Source: Mytilus californianus
Taxonomy: Eukaryota
Length of the DNA: 64,000 nt
NCBI RefSeq assembly: GCF_021869535.1
Contig: NW_026262745.1
Location: 45,694,001-45,758,000, forward strand
Direction of reading: 5' to 3'
The first letter of the stretch is position 1, and each line of letters begins with the position of its first letter. A program made the translations under genes and the position numbers. Below the pieces are notes generated by a model. That model saw only the letters and a program-made list of their open reading frames with translations, had not been told where the DNA came from and ran no database searches. Shown one piece after another: positions 49,161 through 62,228 of the stretch.

Positions 49161-50399
49161 ATGTTATATTTCCAAACTGTTGTTTGAGTTTCTTCTGTTT
49201 CAGCATAGTGCGTTCACACCCGTGACGGTCAATAGACATTACTATTTATGTGAATTTATAACGCAAATGACATAAATTTTCTATCCCCGTGAAAAACTTA
49301 TTGTTTGTGAAGCGTCAGAGATTGTAAGCACAAACAAAAGCATTATTCATTTTTACCGTTAAAAAGAAAACGATAGGCTATTTTTTTAAATAACCCGATT
49401 CGACTTAATTCATCATTATATTCATAGGATTTATTTTAATTTAGTTTAGTATCAAAGTTTACATTCTTTGTCAGTCAGGATGATGCAAACAGGTCCTTAT
49501 TGTGTCTGTCCAAAGTATAACAATGAAGAAAAATTTAATTATATAGATATTAGTATAAATCGTACGGTTACCCATGGTTAAATGTATCAAAAATCAAAAC
49601 AAACAAAAACAAAATCTTGTGTAAAGAATAGGTAGTGTTCCTACGCAGAAAATAAATTTATGAAAAAAATATAGTACTGAATAAACTTTTTAAAATCTTA
49701 TCTCGATTTAATTATTTCAATTTCAATTCTATATTTGTAACAAGAATCGTTGTTAAAGACTGATAATCGAATGTCATATTGATATTTGCAAATATTTTAT
49801 TGTTAATATCAAAAGTTTTACCGTAAAAATAGAAAATGAAAAATTACAAAGCGACGCTAAAGTACAAATTAATAATTGATTAATTTTATTTCAACTAACA
49901 TGCATTAAATGCAGATAAAATTACTTAACTCTTAGCTCAGTAGGAAATATGAAACGTATCAAAGTTTTGCAGTCTAAAAGCTTATATTGATTACGTAATA
50001 AAAAAGCGCAAAAGAAGATTATGTTACAAGAAAATCAGTGATGGATCTAGAACTTTGAAAATAAGGATAGGTGCACATTTTTATATATGTGTAAAATTAC
50101 AATTTATACGTTTTTTTAGTATTCACAATGCATTAACTATATTTAGTTCTTCAAAAGGGCCTCTAAATTCTCTGCTAAGAAAAATGAAAAATTAATGTTG
50201 CAAATACAATACGGGAGCCAAAAAAAAAAACAGGAAGGAAAACGGCCTACAAAAAGTAATAGAATCAGCAGACAGTCTATTATGTTTTTAATTTTCGGGA
50301 AAAGAATTATAACAGCTGAAATTTTTTTAGTTTTTGAGGGTGTCATCGAAATATATCTTGTTAGATTATATCGTTTGACTTAGTTTTAGAAGGTGCAAG

Positions 50400-51100
50400 T
50401 ATATTTGGTATCATAAGCCGTTGTTGTTAATGAAGGTATAAGGAAACTGTAAATTTCGGGGGGGGGGTTATCAGTAGACTGTTGGTTTCGGAGGGTATCG
50501 GGAGACTGAGGCTGTTAGTTTTGGAGGGTATCAGTAGACTGTTGTTAAGGAAGGTGATGCTTAACCCGAATAATTCAGTCCCTCCCCTTGATTGACTCTC
50601 CCACTCACTCCCACTTAATGTAGCTATCGTAGATCAGCGGAATATATCGACTGAATTATTCGGGTTAGGTGATGCTGTTAGTTTCGGAGTCAATCAGTAT
50701 ACTGTTAATTTCGGAGGGTTTCGGGAGATTACTAAGTATTAATTTCGGAGGATATCATTAGATTGTACGTTTCGGATTGTACCAGTAGATTGATATTTAA
50801 TAGACGACTGTAGGTTTTGGAGCAATTTTAACAGCAACTTCAGATGCCATGGTATCATCAGACTTAGTTTTGAGGGTACCACTAAACTAACTTTCATGCA
50901 GGGTGTATCAAAAGATTGTTACGTTTACAGGATATCATTAGACGGTCTTAGACTAGTAGTTTTGGAAGGTATCATAAGACTGCTACTTTCGTAAGTTTCT
51001 GATGACACTATTAGTCTGTTGGTGTCGGAGGGTATCAGTAGACTGCAGTTTTAGAAAGGTATCAGGAGACTGTTACGTAAGGAGGATATCAGTAGAGTAT
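50400..51100. repeat. Degenerate ~28-30-bp minisatellite (gagggtatcagtagactgttgttagtttcg-like)
   Basis: Recurrent ggtatca(g/t)tagact..gttt.ggag motif throughout. Confidence 0.7.
50562..50667. mobile_element. 106-bp MITE, perfect 19-bp TIR, 9-bp TSD (Mutator-like)
   Basis: ggtgatgct|taacccgaataattcagtc ... gactgaattattcgggtta|ggtgatgct. Confidence 0.9.
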
Positions 51101-52539
51101 TGAAACAAAGGGTCTATTTATTTAGGCAGAGTTGACTTTGAGGGGTCTATTTATTTAGACAGAACTGATATTTGACGCTTTTAAGATCGAGTCTTTTGCA
51201 AACTTCTTCATTATGAGTGTTACCAATGAATATTAATCCAGAAATCCCTAACGACAGTAGCAAATGTGTATGTTTTACAATGTATTTTGACTGCCGGATT
51301 ACAGAAAGTCAGTGGCTTCTTACTACATTCCAAAGATAAATTTAAAGAATTTTGCGTGATCGCGATGATACAAATCCAACTAAAAGATGTTTGGAAAGCG
51401 AAAGTCTTATTTACATGTTGGGAAATTCATATTCAATCGCGACCCTTTAAATAAAATTAAAAAAAACAACATTGTTCAACTTTACTCGAGGGAGTTGAAA
51501 CCTTATTTTAAGTCGAGAAAGAATTAAGAATTTGTCAAAAATTTAATTAACTCATAGGCAATGTAGAAACATTGATTTACAAAGTCACAATGATAGTAGC
51601 AAGTTGAAGTTACATGTAATACTTGCCTTTGTTCCCCCTTTTCGCTGGGGTTGCTATTACTCAATCTTATGTTGTTTTTTTTTCTTATTTTATTTGTTAG
51701 TTTTAACTATTTCAACGCTATTGCTAGATTGTATTCATGAGAAATCTGGAATTAAAAAAAAAACATAAATGCAGGGCAAATGCAGTTATTACACATTAAC
51801 TATAAAATTCAACGTGTCATTTATAAAATCCTCATTTGATATAAAATATTTAAAACAAAATAATATTTTATTCACATATTTTTATTATACCTACCTTTTA
51901 CTGAAAACCATGAGCGAAATATTCCAAATTGTTCGAAAAATAAAAATAGCCTCTACAGGAATACATGTGACGAAAGGGGACAGTGTTGTGTCATCTTTCT
52001 ATCAATTTTTTGTCCAGAAATTCATTAAGTATCCCACCGGAATCAGAAATGTTTGCGAAGACAAAAATCTATAATATTTCACTCCATCAAATGCGTAATG
52101 ATAAATGACCAATTGTTTGTTAAATTGATTAGATTTAATTGCATTTTTTAAATTTAATGGTAGATTTAGTACAATAGGTTAAAAATTCGGATACACGTAA
52201 ATGTTCTCAGCTTCCATTTAAATGCTTGAAATACTTAAAACGGGTTCGATCAAGATCTTAACCGATTATTTGGTATGTTGCAATGACATTGGTAATCATA
52301 TTTTATTCCTGATGTTGTTATTTTAAATAGTAAAACAAATACATGTAGTATTAATTAACATTCTATAATATATATAATATAAACTGTTCATAAACAAATA
52401 CTAGTACGTGACATAGTACATCTGACTTAACCTTTACATGTCTTTTGTCTTTATGTTAGTTGTTTTTTGTGCTTCGTACCAATCTGATGAATCAAGCCAT
52501 TTTAATGTTGTACTGATATACCATCAACATGTCAAGGGG

Positions 52540-52872
52540 AAAGCCAATTGAGTGTTTACAAACATGTTTAACCCTGCCACATTCTGTATGTGCCTGTCAC
52601 AAGTCAGGGGCATGTAATTCAATGGTTGTCGTTGGTTTCTGTCCATCATATTTGTTTTTCGTTTATTGTTTTGCTATAAATCATGCCGTTTATATTCTCG
52701 CTAAAAGTGTCTCATATTTTGTCATGTCGGGGCCATTTATAACTGACAATACGGTACCATGTGTTTTGGCTATTGATGAAGGTCGTACAGTATAGTTTCT
52801 TACATTCACGTCATTATGACTCCGGTGGATAGTTGTCTCTCACTAGCAATCATACCACACCATCTTATTCTT
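52540..52872 (+). mobile_element. Near full-length MetaSINE-like element (central block plus tail)
   Basis: aaacatgtttaaccctgccacattctgtatgtgcctgtcacaagtcagg is followed by the tail ggatagttgtctc...caatcataccaca..tcttattctt. This defines the orientation of the tail-only copies. Confidence 0.6.
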
Positions 52873-52967
52873 ATACTTTTATATCAGAGAAACTCTTCTC
52901 CCAAAAACTTGAGTTTGTAGCTATTATGTTGATTTGAAATAAATTTTCATTTTTAAATAGCATTCTT

Positions 52968-53097
52968 GAGCGGGATGGCACGCGTTTGGGATGTGGGATG
53001 TGAGGGTGAAAAAGTGGGATCTGGGTAAAAAAGTGAGAAGTTTAAAACAATAAAAAAGCGAGATTTTGGAAATGAGCACCCTCGTGTCACTCCCCTT
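52968..53097. mobile_element. Inverted copy of the 24897-25052 MITE family
   Basis: ggaaatgagcaccctcgtgtcactcccc is the reverse complement of the gaggggtgacacggggtgctcatttcc start. Confidence 0.65.
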
Positions 53098-54022
53098 ATT
53101 CTTACATTGTAATAGCATAAATATACCCGTATGGCTGACGTTTTTATTCGTTGTCTATCATGTTATACAAATCGCGGTTTTTTCTAGACAATGTAAACGT
53201 TGTTACCATGCATATGGAATCTGAAGTATATTGTCCGATATTAAACAAGATTATTTTTCAAATGCTATATAGTGCTGAACTAGCTTTCAGTAATATTAAG
53301 TAACATTTTTCTTTAGTTGTGGCTTGGTTTTCTGTAGTACTGACGTAATTGACTCAAGTCTTTTTTTTCTTGTTTGATTTTTCTTTTGCGTTTTCAATAC
53401 CATGGTTTGTATTCCATTTTGAATATTATCAAACTAGTTTAATAAACCTATCACATGTGTATGTGGCTCTCCCAAACTAGGAATCTTGTCATTGGCTTTC
53501 ATGCACTATACGCATGTTTCTAATTGTCTGTGGATTATTTGATGTTGGTCACACATATTTCATCGTCTTGATGAATTAATTCAGTACTTGTTTAAATTGA
53601 TTAACCTCTGTATAAAGCATTGAAAGTTAAAACAACCTCGCCGCGAACGGTTATACGTCACAAGAGGTAACCACTAAACGTTGCCTCAGTCAATAAGAAA
53701 ATTTAGCAGCCGGAGTCACTCTGATGAAACTAAATACCAAATTCGTCATCGTATTTAAAATATCAAAGCGTTATTAGGTGACGTCTTGGTCTTAATTTAA
53801 GAGGTGACGTCTTGGTCTTAATTTAAGATGTGACTGTTTGTTTTAGGTGGTAGTGGACTTTTTTGGCAAACATTACCACAATAAAAATAGCTTTGTACTT
53901 TTTATACATTTGTTATATCTTAGTATTTCGTTGTTTGTTGGATTTCAAGGCCATACAGTTGTTTACACCTTAAAATTCGTCCATTTATCTTTAGTGGATA
54001 TTTGATTCATTTGACATCATAC

Positions 54023-54190
54023 CAAAAGCTCATGATTGCTTGGTATCACGGTGCGAAGCTACTAAAGTATTAGTTTCATTCGATATTCACGCCATCTTGA
54101 AATTATTACTTTAAAATATCGGTTCTGATTGGTTGTCTTATGATGTGGCTATGGTTCTATTGGCTAGAATGAGATATAAACTGATTGGTT
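54023..54190 (-). promoter_or_regulatory. Candidate minus-strand promoter and non-coding first exon: three CCAAT boxes plus YY1-like CAAGATGGCG
   Basis: ATTGG at 54128, 54159 and 54184. cgccatcttg at ~54090-54099. Donor TTG|gtatga at 54022. Confidence 0.4.
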
Positions 54191-57100
54191 ACAGGTCCAG
54201 AACAGGAGAAAATTTTAAAATAGGAAGAGGGAATAAAATTACAGTATGGGTATTCAAGACCCGCGTTCAACAATTATTACTTCATGTTTACGTTATTCAT
54301 GATATTGCGAATCATTCCGTACATTTTTAGAAAGGTTATACTTTTGTTTTAAGATCCGTTTCACTTCTCGGATAGCATATTACTTCTCCTGAACCCCTAA
54401 AACATATATCGTCAAAATTGGCATTACTCTTGAATGGATATATATTACAATATTATATTTGATAGTGAACGGATTTTCTTATTTCCCCTTATATTTTTTT
54501 ATTTCATGCACCACAACCACACTTAAATAAAATATGAACAAATCTTCTACTCTGTTGTTGATTACATAACGCGAAAGTTAGTTCGATTAGTTCAATGTCG
54601 TTGTTTTTTAAGATCAAGATTAGACAAAGCATCATATTATAGGAAATTATATACATTTGTTATTAGTATTATATAAAACTTTTAACATGCAAGCACGTCG
54701 TACAGGTATTGTTTTGCTCCTTTGTTCGATCAAATAAAATCTTGTGAAATACAATTTATAGCATGCTAAAATCAAACACAAACAACAACAAGCACCAGAG
54801 TCATAGTTCGCATGGTGTTAGTCATCATGGATACAAAAAAAAATATTTTTTTTTTTCGAAGTTTCATTTCGTTAGCAAATTATCTCATTATTTTAGGGCA
54901 TTTATATATGTTAATTCGAACAAAGGAGATATATGGTTTATATGAACCCATCAACATAAAAAACTACAATTAAACGCTGTGAATAAATTTTACAAAGACC
55001 TAAAAAAACTGTGATCAACATGACATACACAAAATGACAAAAACACGGATTCTCAAGATAAAAAGTTGACTGTGTAGATTGTTGGAAAATTCAGTATGAT
55101 TGAGTATTAATTTTTCAATAACTTATTATTTTGAGAAATCATCATTTAAACCATTTTGTAAATATGACCGCTTTCACACGATATAATTAATTTTCATTGT
55201 TCTTTTCAAGATAACGTGTTGGAACCTAAGTATGGGCGAGAATTGGAACGAGCTGTACAGTATTCTACTTCGTGGGCGTGGGACCGTGTTCATTTCAGTT
55301 ACATTATAATCAAATGTTATCTAAAATCATCTTTAGAAATCATATGGGGAAATGATTTAAATATTTGATAATTCTATCGGTTTTACTATTCCATACAAAA
55401 TCCTTCCAAAATCAGTTATAAAATCTGTATACAGTACCTAAATTGAAATAATACAAAACTATAGTTATGTAGTTTTTTTTTAATTGATTTCTTTTTTCAA
55501 TAACCGTGATATTCGATAAGATAAATGAGATTTTTTTCTAGTTAATTCATATTTGAATCAAAGATATTTTATCTTTTAAGAGCAGTACAATTAACTATTA
55601 GAAAAATGTACTTTAAATCTGTCGTAGTGAATTCTTTTACGCTAATTCTATTTTTAACTGATTTGTATAATACGTTTAACCTGAATATTCCACTGAACCA
55701 TCTCATCATTCTATTTTTATATTAGTCAACAAAAGAAACGATAAAAGGCAAAGCAATGCATTTTCCATATATAATGAAATTGGGTACACTGTACCAAGGT
55801 AAATAATTGCCCAATTGGTCTAATATTTACAGAGTGTTATTTTCTTATCAAAACCATTGATTTAAGGCAAATACGCGAATTTTTTTGTTGTTGCAATTTT
55901 TGTTATTTAAGAAATCGTATTTTCACCCATAAAATCAAAAATCAATATTAGAACTTAAAACTTAAAACTTAAACATGGCCTGCTTAAAAATTTGAACGCC
56001 TTTGCAGATATTCGAATACTTAATATATCTTCGAAATTAAGTGCCGACTTTTGTCATCATTTTCTGCAAAATAAATTTGACCCCTGTGTTCAATAACACG
56101 GTATTTTCTCACTTTCCTATTTGGTCAGATTCTTTAAATCATATGTATTTGCTTTGCAAATGAATGTTTTTCATTGGATAATTTAACAGTTTTTCGTATT
56201 TATTATATTTTATGATAAATTGGAGTTCAAACTTGTGTAGCGTTACTTTTGTTGACTAGTATATATCTAATATGGACATGACTTAATATTTATTAGGGTG
56301 TGGATGGGACTTACAGAATAGAGATCAAAGGACAAGCAAAAATAATCGAGAAAAATGGGTAAATTAAAAGAAAAAGAAACTCGTTGAGTGCTAAAACATA
56401 AAGATAGGAGAAAAATTGAAGAAGAAAAAAAAACGAATTGAGAAAAATAGTCAAAAATAAAAAAAGCATACAAAAATGAAGATCCCCATCCAGACCTTCG
56501 TTTATAGCGACAGAAGCACCAATTTCTATTTATCATAATCACATCTAATTAACAAATAAATTACAGCAAAACTATCACCATGACATTTAATTGATCAAAA
56601 TACTTAAGTGGTATCTTTGGTTGTCAAAGTCATTGATGTTTGCTTTAAGTCCCGTGGCAAATATTTCGGACGATGGTTTCTCTGAACTTAGCCTGCTGTT
56701 GTTACATTTCAAAACCAGAAGGCAACCGTCTTTTTTTTTTTAAATCTCTTTGTCTAAGACTAGACTTCATCTAAAGGCATAGCACAATATGATCTCAAGG
56801 GTTGACTTGCGTATAGCAATATGATCACCATGACTTATTCTGTAACGTTATCGATACCCACGCATTTTAAGGGAGTATCCATTTGGCTGTGTTGTCCAAA
56901 CTTCCGGAGGGAATAGGGAAAATAAATCCTAGGCATTGTGTTCGGAAAGTGCCACACTCTTTATTAAAAAAAACTACATGACACGTTCAAATTACTCTTT
57001 GAGGGTCCGTATAACGTATGCGACATATTGTAAGACTAATTCTGTCAACACTACGCATCCTCTTTTAAGTTGCAGGGCAAATTTCCTAGGTCATAATCCC

Positions 57101-57634
57101 AGAAAAATCCTTATGGAGAACCTACCTTATCGATTCTTTAATAAATTTATTTTCGTTCTTAATATCCATGAAATATTTGTCACTGAGCGTTCTAATCTAG
57201 TCAATCAATCGTGAACAATTTTGTGATACTTTTATTTTGTGAAGTTGCTTTCCATTATGTATGTCGTCTCCAATGTATTATAATTCACTGAATTTATGAA
57301 AATAAAGAGACAATCTAATTAAAATCAATCGTAACTTGCTCATATGAGTATAACGAAATCAGAAATATATAATTAGATTGATAAAGAGATTTTCATATCA
57401 TAAACTTTTGATATTTTTAAACATTCATACATGTAAAAAATTGGAGTTCGGTATTTTTGTAATTTTACTTTTTATTACATTAAGACATTTCTTTGCTAAT
57501 GTTTTATTTGAGGCAGTTCAATATTGTGAGCTCTCTTTACAAGTGTTGAAATGCAAGATGCATGCAAAATGGTTAACTTGCCTCGTACTTTTGAGATATA
57601 TATATAGTTTAGCAAAAAAATAGTATCTATAGAT

Positions 57635-58006
57635 TTAGCTAAAATAATAATAAAAAGCGGCCATGGTGTTGTCTGCATCAGTTTCACGTACTTTGGGGTT
57701 TATATTGCCCTCTTGGTTATAGTATACTATGGTACAGTCAAATAAAAATTCATCGAGAAGAAAATTGTATAGTTGATTTAAATCAGAAAACTGCCTTCTA
57801 AAATTATTTCCAAAAGAACGACAGTTCTTAACAAAATTGAGGTGTTGTAATTTGAAAATACCCATAGAAACGGGAAGATGGAGAAACATTCCAAAAGAAG
57901 AAAGATTGTGCCATGCACTTATGTCATATTGGTATTGGCGCTGAGTAACATTATCATTTTGAGTTTCAGTTTCCGAAAGTCGTAGACATACGAAATTAGC
58001 ATATTC
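57635..58006 (-). CDS. Orphan exon-like open frame, 123 codons, product unknown
   Basis: The frame is open from ag|GAATAT (58006) to TAA (57635-57637) and extends ORF 57635-57889: EYANFVCLRLSETET...MFLHLPVSMGIFKLQHLNF...LLDEFLFDCTIVYYNQEG...YYFS*. The acceptor context is weak. Confidence 0.35.
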   Translation of the reverse strand, partial: EYANFVCLRLSETETQNDNVTQRQYQYDISAWHNLSSFGMFLHLPVSMGIFKLQHLNFVKNCRSFGNNFRRQFSDLNQLYNFLLDEFLFDCTIVYYNQEGNINPKVRETDADNTMAAFYYYFS

Positions 58007-59149
58007 CTATTTATTATACTCGATATCCAAGTTATCAACAACAAAAAAATGATAGGCTTAATTTAAAAGTATAAAAATTTGTCATTGTTATTAGTAAACT
58101 CAAACATTTTGTGAATGGACTGGATAATAATGCATTCTTTTTTCATATCCATCATTGTTTTGTATTGTTTGTATATATATATATAAATATTGTATTCCTC
58201 TTTTTACCAGTATGTAGTGCGTCTGAGTGATCAAATAAAGTAATATAAAGTATTATTATAAGGTTTTCAAGAACAATTTCTCATTTGATCACAACATTCA
58301 TATATAACTTAAAAAAAATAAGTGAAAAATGATTTCCTACCTTAAAACCAAACACCCCAGTTTGAACTTAATACCAATTACTTGCTTAGAGTTAGTTGAC
58401 TACTGTTGAAAAGTTATAAATTTATTTGGAATAATTGTTAAATTGGAATTGATAAAAAATATATTACATCTTATCAATATTTTTTATTAAAATTTCCGCT
58501 ACATTAATTCATTGCAGAGATATTAAACAGTGTATATTTTTAACTTTCAAACACGATTTTTTTCATGTAACAAATGAATATTAGAAATTTGACACCTTGA
58601 AATTATGTTAATATAATTCAGTTTGGAATCTTAACGAGTATTTTTTTATATATATATATTGATTTATATAGGAATTATATATGCATTGATTTATCTTTTA
58701 CTTGGGTCGTTCGGCTTAATAATAATAAATAAAAATAATAATTTTTATTCGGGTAAAGGCAATATATACAAATACATGATAAGATTTAGAACTTAGCTAA
58801 ATACAATCTTAAAATATAGTAATGGTTGTGACTTTAGGTACATCTAATGCCTTAACCCAAGGACGACCCATGAAAGCAAACAAGCTTATTTCCCATGGGG
58901 TCCTTGTAGTCTTGTTAATAAAATAAATAATTTATCATTTCTAATCAGTTAAACAGAAAGGTTTTCATATTGGCAGATATTATGAGTAGAAAACACAAGT
59001 GTATAAAAAATTTGAATTTTTATGTAAGGAAAACATTTTGTGTGTACAATGCAGAATATTTGTGTAACATATGAGAATATATTGATAGTACCTCAGTTGT
59101 TAATATTATTATGTCTAAAATGTTTAGTACATATGTCGATCGGTGGCAA

Positions 59150-59410
59150 TGCAATTTACAGTCAGAGAATACTTTATCTGGTATAGGTGGCAACAAACAG
59201 TCTTGAAACTGAAACATATTGTACAATTCCAATGCCATTTAAACAAAGGGATTCTTTTGCCAAATTTCGAAGTTGAGTGGCACCATTAAGAAGCGAAACG
59301 GGGAGATTTGAAAAATGACTTTTAGAGGAGCGAGTCTGTGATAATTGTAAAGATATTTTAGAAGATGAAGCCCATATTATTTTATCGTGTCCATTAAATG
59401 ACGATTTTTA
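59150..59410 (+). pseudogene. Decayed CR1/L2-type LINE ORF2 C-terminus
   Basis: Translates with stops and a frameshift to AKFRS*VAPLRSETG-RFEK*LLEERVCDNCKDILEDEAHIILSCPL, the C-terminal Cys/His segment typical of these LINE ORF2 proteins. Confidence 0.75.
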
Positions 59411-59580
59411 GAAGGAAAAAAATTGATGTAGCAAAACATTTTAATAGTGATTTTATGACTTTTTATGATAATCAGAAATTAGTGTTATTATTTTCAGATA
59501 TCAATGTGATTCGTAGCTGTGCCAAAGCCTGTTATCTTATTTAAAGAATGTACTGACTTATAAATATGTTATATAAAACA

Positions 59581-59875
59581 TTTTTTATGCCCCACCTAGG
59601 AACATTATGTTTTTTCGGTCTGTGCGTCCGTTCGTTCGTTCGTCCGTCCATCTGTCCCGCTTCAGGTTAAGGTTTTTGGTTAAAATTTTTGGTCAAGGTA
59701 GTTTTTGATGAAGTTGAAGTCCAATCAACTTGAAACTTAGTACACATGATCCCTATGATATGATCATTCTGATTTTAATGTCAAATTAGAGTTTTGACCC
59801 CAATTTCACTGTCCACTGAACATAGAAAATGATGGTGCGAGTGGGGCATCCGTGAACTATGGACATATTCTTGTT
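59581..59875 (+). mobile_element. Short HINE/DINE-1-like element, single core unit
   Basis: tttttt-atgcccc start, (tccg/ttcg)n microsatellite, atcaacttgaaactt core, 3' ggggcat subTIR (59843-59849) plus hairpin remnant and ttcttgtt end. Confidence 0.75.
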
Positions 59876-60099
59876 TATAATGTTTTAATGTAACGGTTAT
59901 AGACTCTTATAATTCTGTACAGAATGGCTCTCTTTTTTATATATTTTAACACTAAATGTAATGTATTATATATTATTGAGAGATGAGACTTAAATAGAAT
60001 ATTGAATTGAAAAATCAATAAAGAGTATCTATCACAGCTTAAATCCTTCGTATAAAACAGCAATCTGATAAAATATAAAATCTGCATCTGACATTTACC

Positions 60100-60500
60100 T
60101 GAGTTTACTCATTAGGTGTATTTTTTTTTAATTCAAACTTAAATTTATTTTTTGAATTCACATGAATACTTTTTACATGATCTGGCAAGGCAATCCAGTT
60201 TTTAATACCACTTAAAAAGAAAGAAGATTCTACACCTTTTACATTTGGAACATAAAAATTGTAAGCAGTTGTTCTAAGTATTTCTATACGTGGAAGTTCT
60301 TGAAAAAAACCCATTTTTTAAGTATTCTGGACATTCTGTCGTGAAAAACATTAATTACATGATTCAGACGAGGTTGTGTCACTCTTCTGGCTTCACTTTT
60401 TTTTATTTATAGAAACATGTGAAAAGTTGGTGATAGCTGATTAATTTTAAACTTTCTGCAAGTCATTTGCACTGTATAACACATTTTCTGAATGCTGCCA
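60100..60500 (-). pseudogene. Decayed CR1/L2-type LINE 3' end
   Basis: RVTQPRLNHVINVFH... and YNFYVPNVKGVESSFFLSGIKNWIALPDHVKSI...KFKFELKK match the characteristic W-N-x-LP...FK..LK terminus of ORF2. Confidence 0.7.
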
Positions 60501-60584
60501 AATCTTGGAATCCGGAGTGATCATAAGGCAATATTAATTTTATACATATTAACCATTTTTTTTAAACAAAGAAAATGAATTACC

Positions 60585-60720
60585 TTAAACAGGTCTACTA
60601 GTATGTAAATGTTAGTCATATCGTCATCAAGCGAAGATCTTGTAAACGCGAATCTTTCCATGGGATTAAAAAAAACTAAATTATTTCTTATATTTTCACT
60701 TTCGTCGGATTCGTATTCAC
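60585..60720 (-). CDS. Orphan exon-like segment (EYESDESENIRNNLVFFNPMERFAFTRSSLDDDMTNIYILVDLFK)
   Basis: Strong acceptor tttatttctcttag| and donor AAG|gtaatt with an open frame. The phase-0 end is compatible with the 58006 acceptor. Confidence 0.4.
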
Positions 60721-61269
60721 TAAGAGAAATAAACATATCGATTTTTAGTTTGTGAATGAATAACACAATATGTACGTGCCTCACTTGGATGAGTGGAATT
60801 ACCGTTTGTCTGTTTCCAAATTCATATTCTATAAACACCACAAATTATACTTAAAGATAATGACAAGGTACACATGTATAACATTTTTGTGTATGCTTTA
60901 AACAGAATCTGAAATTTAGTAAATATTCGTATTTCTTGGATGTAGAAACATTCAAATTGTTCGTGTAACCTTTGATCATTTAGTGCAATTTTGCAGTTTT
61001 AAATACCAAAGCACTTGCTTCGAGTTGAGTACAAAAAGTTATATATTTGGAATTTTTGAATAATATATTACATCTGATTGTATTTCTAATTAAAAGTTCC
61101 GCTACATTAATAATTGATCGCAGAGATATCGAACCGGATAATTTTTTAACTTTCAAACACGATTTTTACTTTTTTTATATATATTAAATGAATATTAGAA
61201 ATCTGACATCTTGATTATATGTGAATAGAAAATATAATTCAGTTTTGATGAACGAAAATCTTTCTCGTC

Positions 61270-61440
61270 ATGTGGTCTCTTGTTAGCGGGCTTGTTTCGA
61301 ATGCCGAGGAAGGGGTGCGTTTAAGTTGTGTGTTTCACATTTGCTGCTTTTTCGTCAATGAGATGCAATGTAGGCGAGACAGCCAAGACAGATCGTCTCA
61401 GAGCCACTAGACGTTAACCAAGCAACAATCAAATAATCAA
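61270..61440 (+). mobile_element. Decayed SINE-like fragment
   Basis: Ends gacgttaaccaagcaacaatcaaataatcaat, the tail style seen at 10150 and 11980. Confidence 0.35.
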
Positions 61441-62228
61441 TAATATAATGTGCAGGGGCAAGGTTGCACATTTCTCGGTATGTTACGCTGCACGAAGGCA
61501 TGTTGAAAATTGTGATTATGAAAGTTGGTCGGCACCAATGGTCTAATTAATAATGTACACGGCTATAACGGGTTATATTTTCATGTGTACAATTTCGGGG
61601 TGTTGGATTAAAAAGATATGTATACGAAAAGTTTTGCTTTATTTTAACGGATCAATTGCATTTTTAAATATTTATTTTGATAGATTAGATGCTGACCAGT
61701 TAAATTGACTGCAGAAAAAAAAACAGTACTGAATTGTACCAATAATTCTTTATTCTGGATCTGTATATATGCGAGATTTAAATACAAAAAGCGAGTTTAT
61801 TTACGATAATAAGCATAAATTGAGAAAAAAAAAACATTCATCATGTGAGTCTGCATTCATTTCAATTGTCAAGTATCTAATTATATAGTTTGTGAGTTAA
61901 AAAAAACCAATATCCATTTGATTAGTTCATCATCTTGTAAATTGTATAGACATAAGAGCCGTAGTCCTGACAGGATTGGGTGTTTGTTACGGTTAATCAA
62001 TGATGAATATGACAGCACCTTAAATGTACGAATAAATTGATTTTTGCTCAGGAACATATGACAAACAAATGTTTTTAACTTTGACACTAATGAATATTGT
62101 TCAACAAATTCTTAAGATACATAGATGTCAAGTGAGAAAGAACCTATATTATAAATCATGAAGTAATTTTAAATATTGAAGATGTACCGTTATATAACTG
62201 TCGACAGTACCTTAAAGAAACTTTTCCG

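Noticed and set aside
53712-53760. CTGATGA at 53721 as a third hammerhead
   Set aside because: There is no stem II followed by GAAA and no pairing helix I or III.
53776-53830. 26-bp direct duplication containing a CRE-like gtgacgtc
   Set aside because: It is a simple slippage duplication with no other supporting promoter evidence.
43330-57623. Remaining 60-100-aa ORFs in the ORF track across 43-57.6 kb
   Set aside because: They are low-complexity or repeat-derived, with no domain motifs or coherent splice structure.
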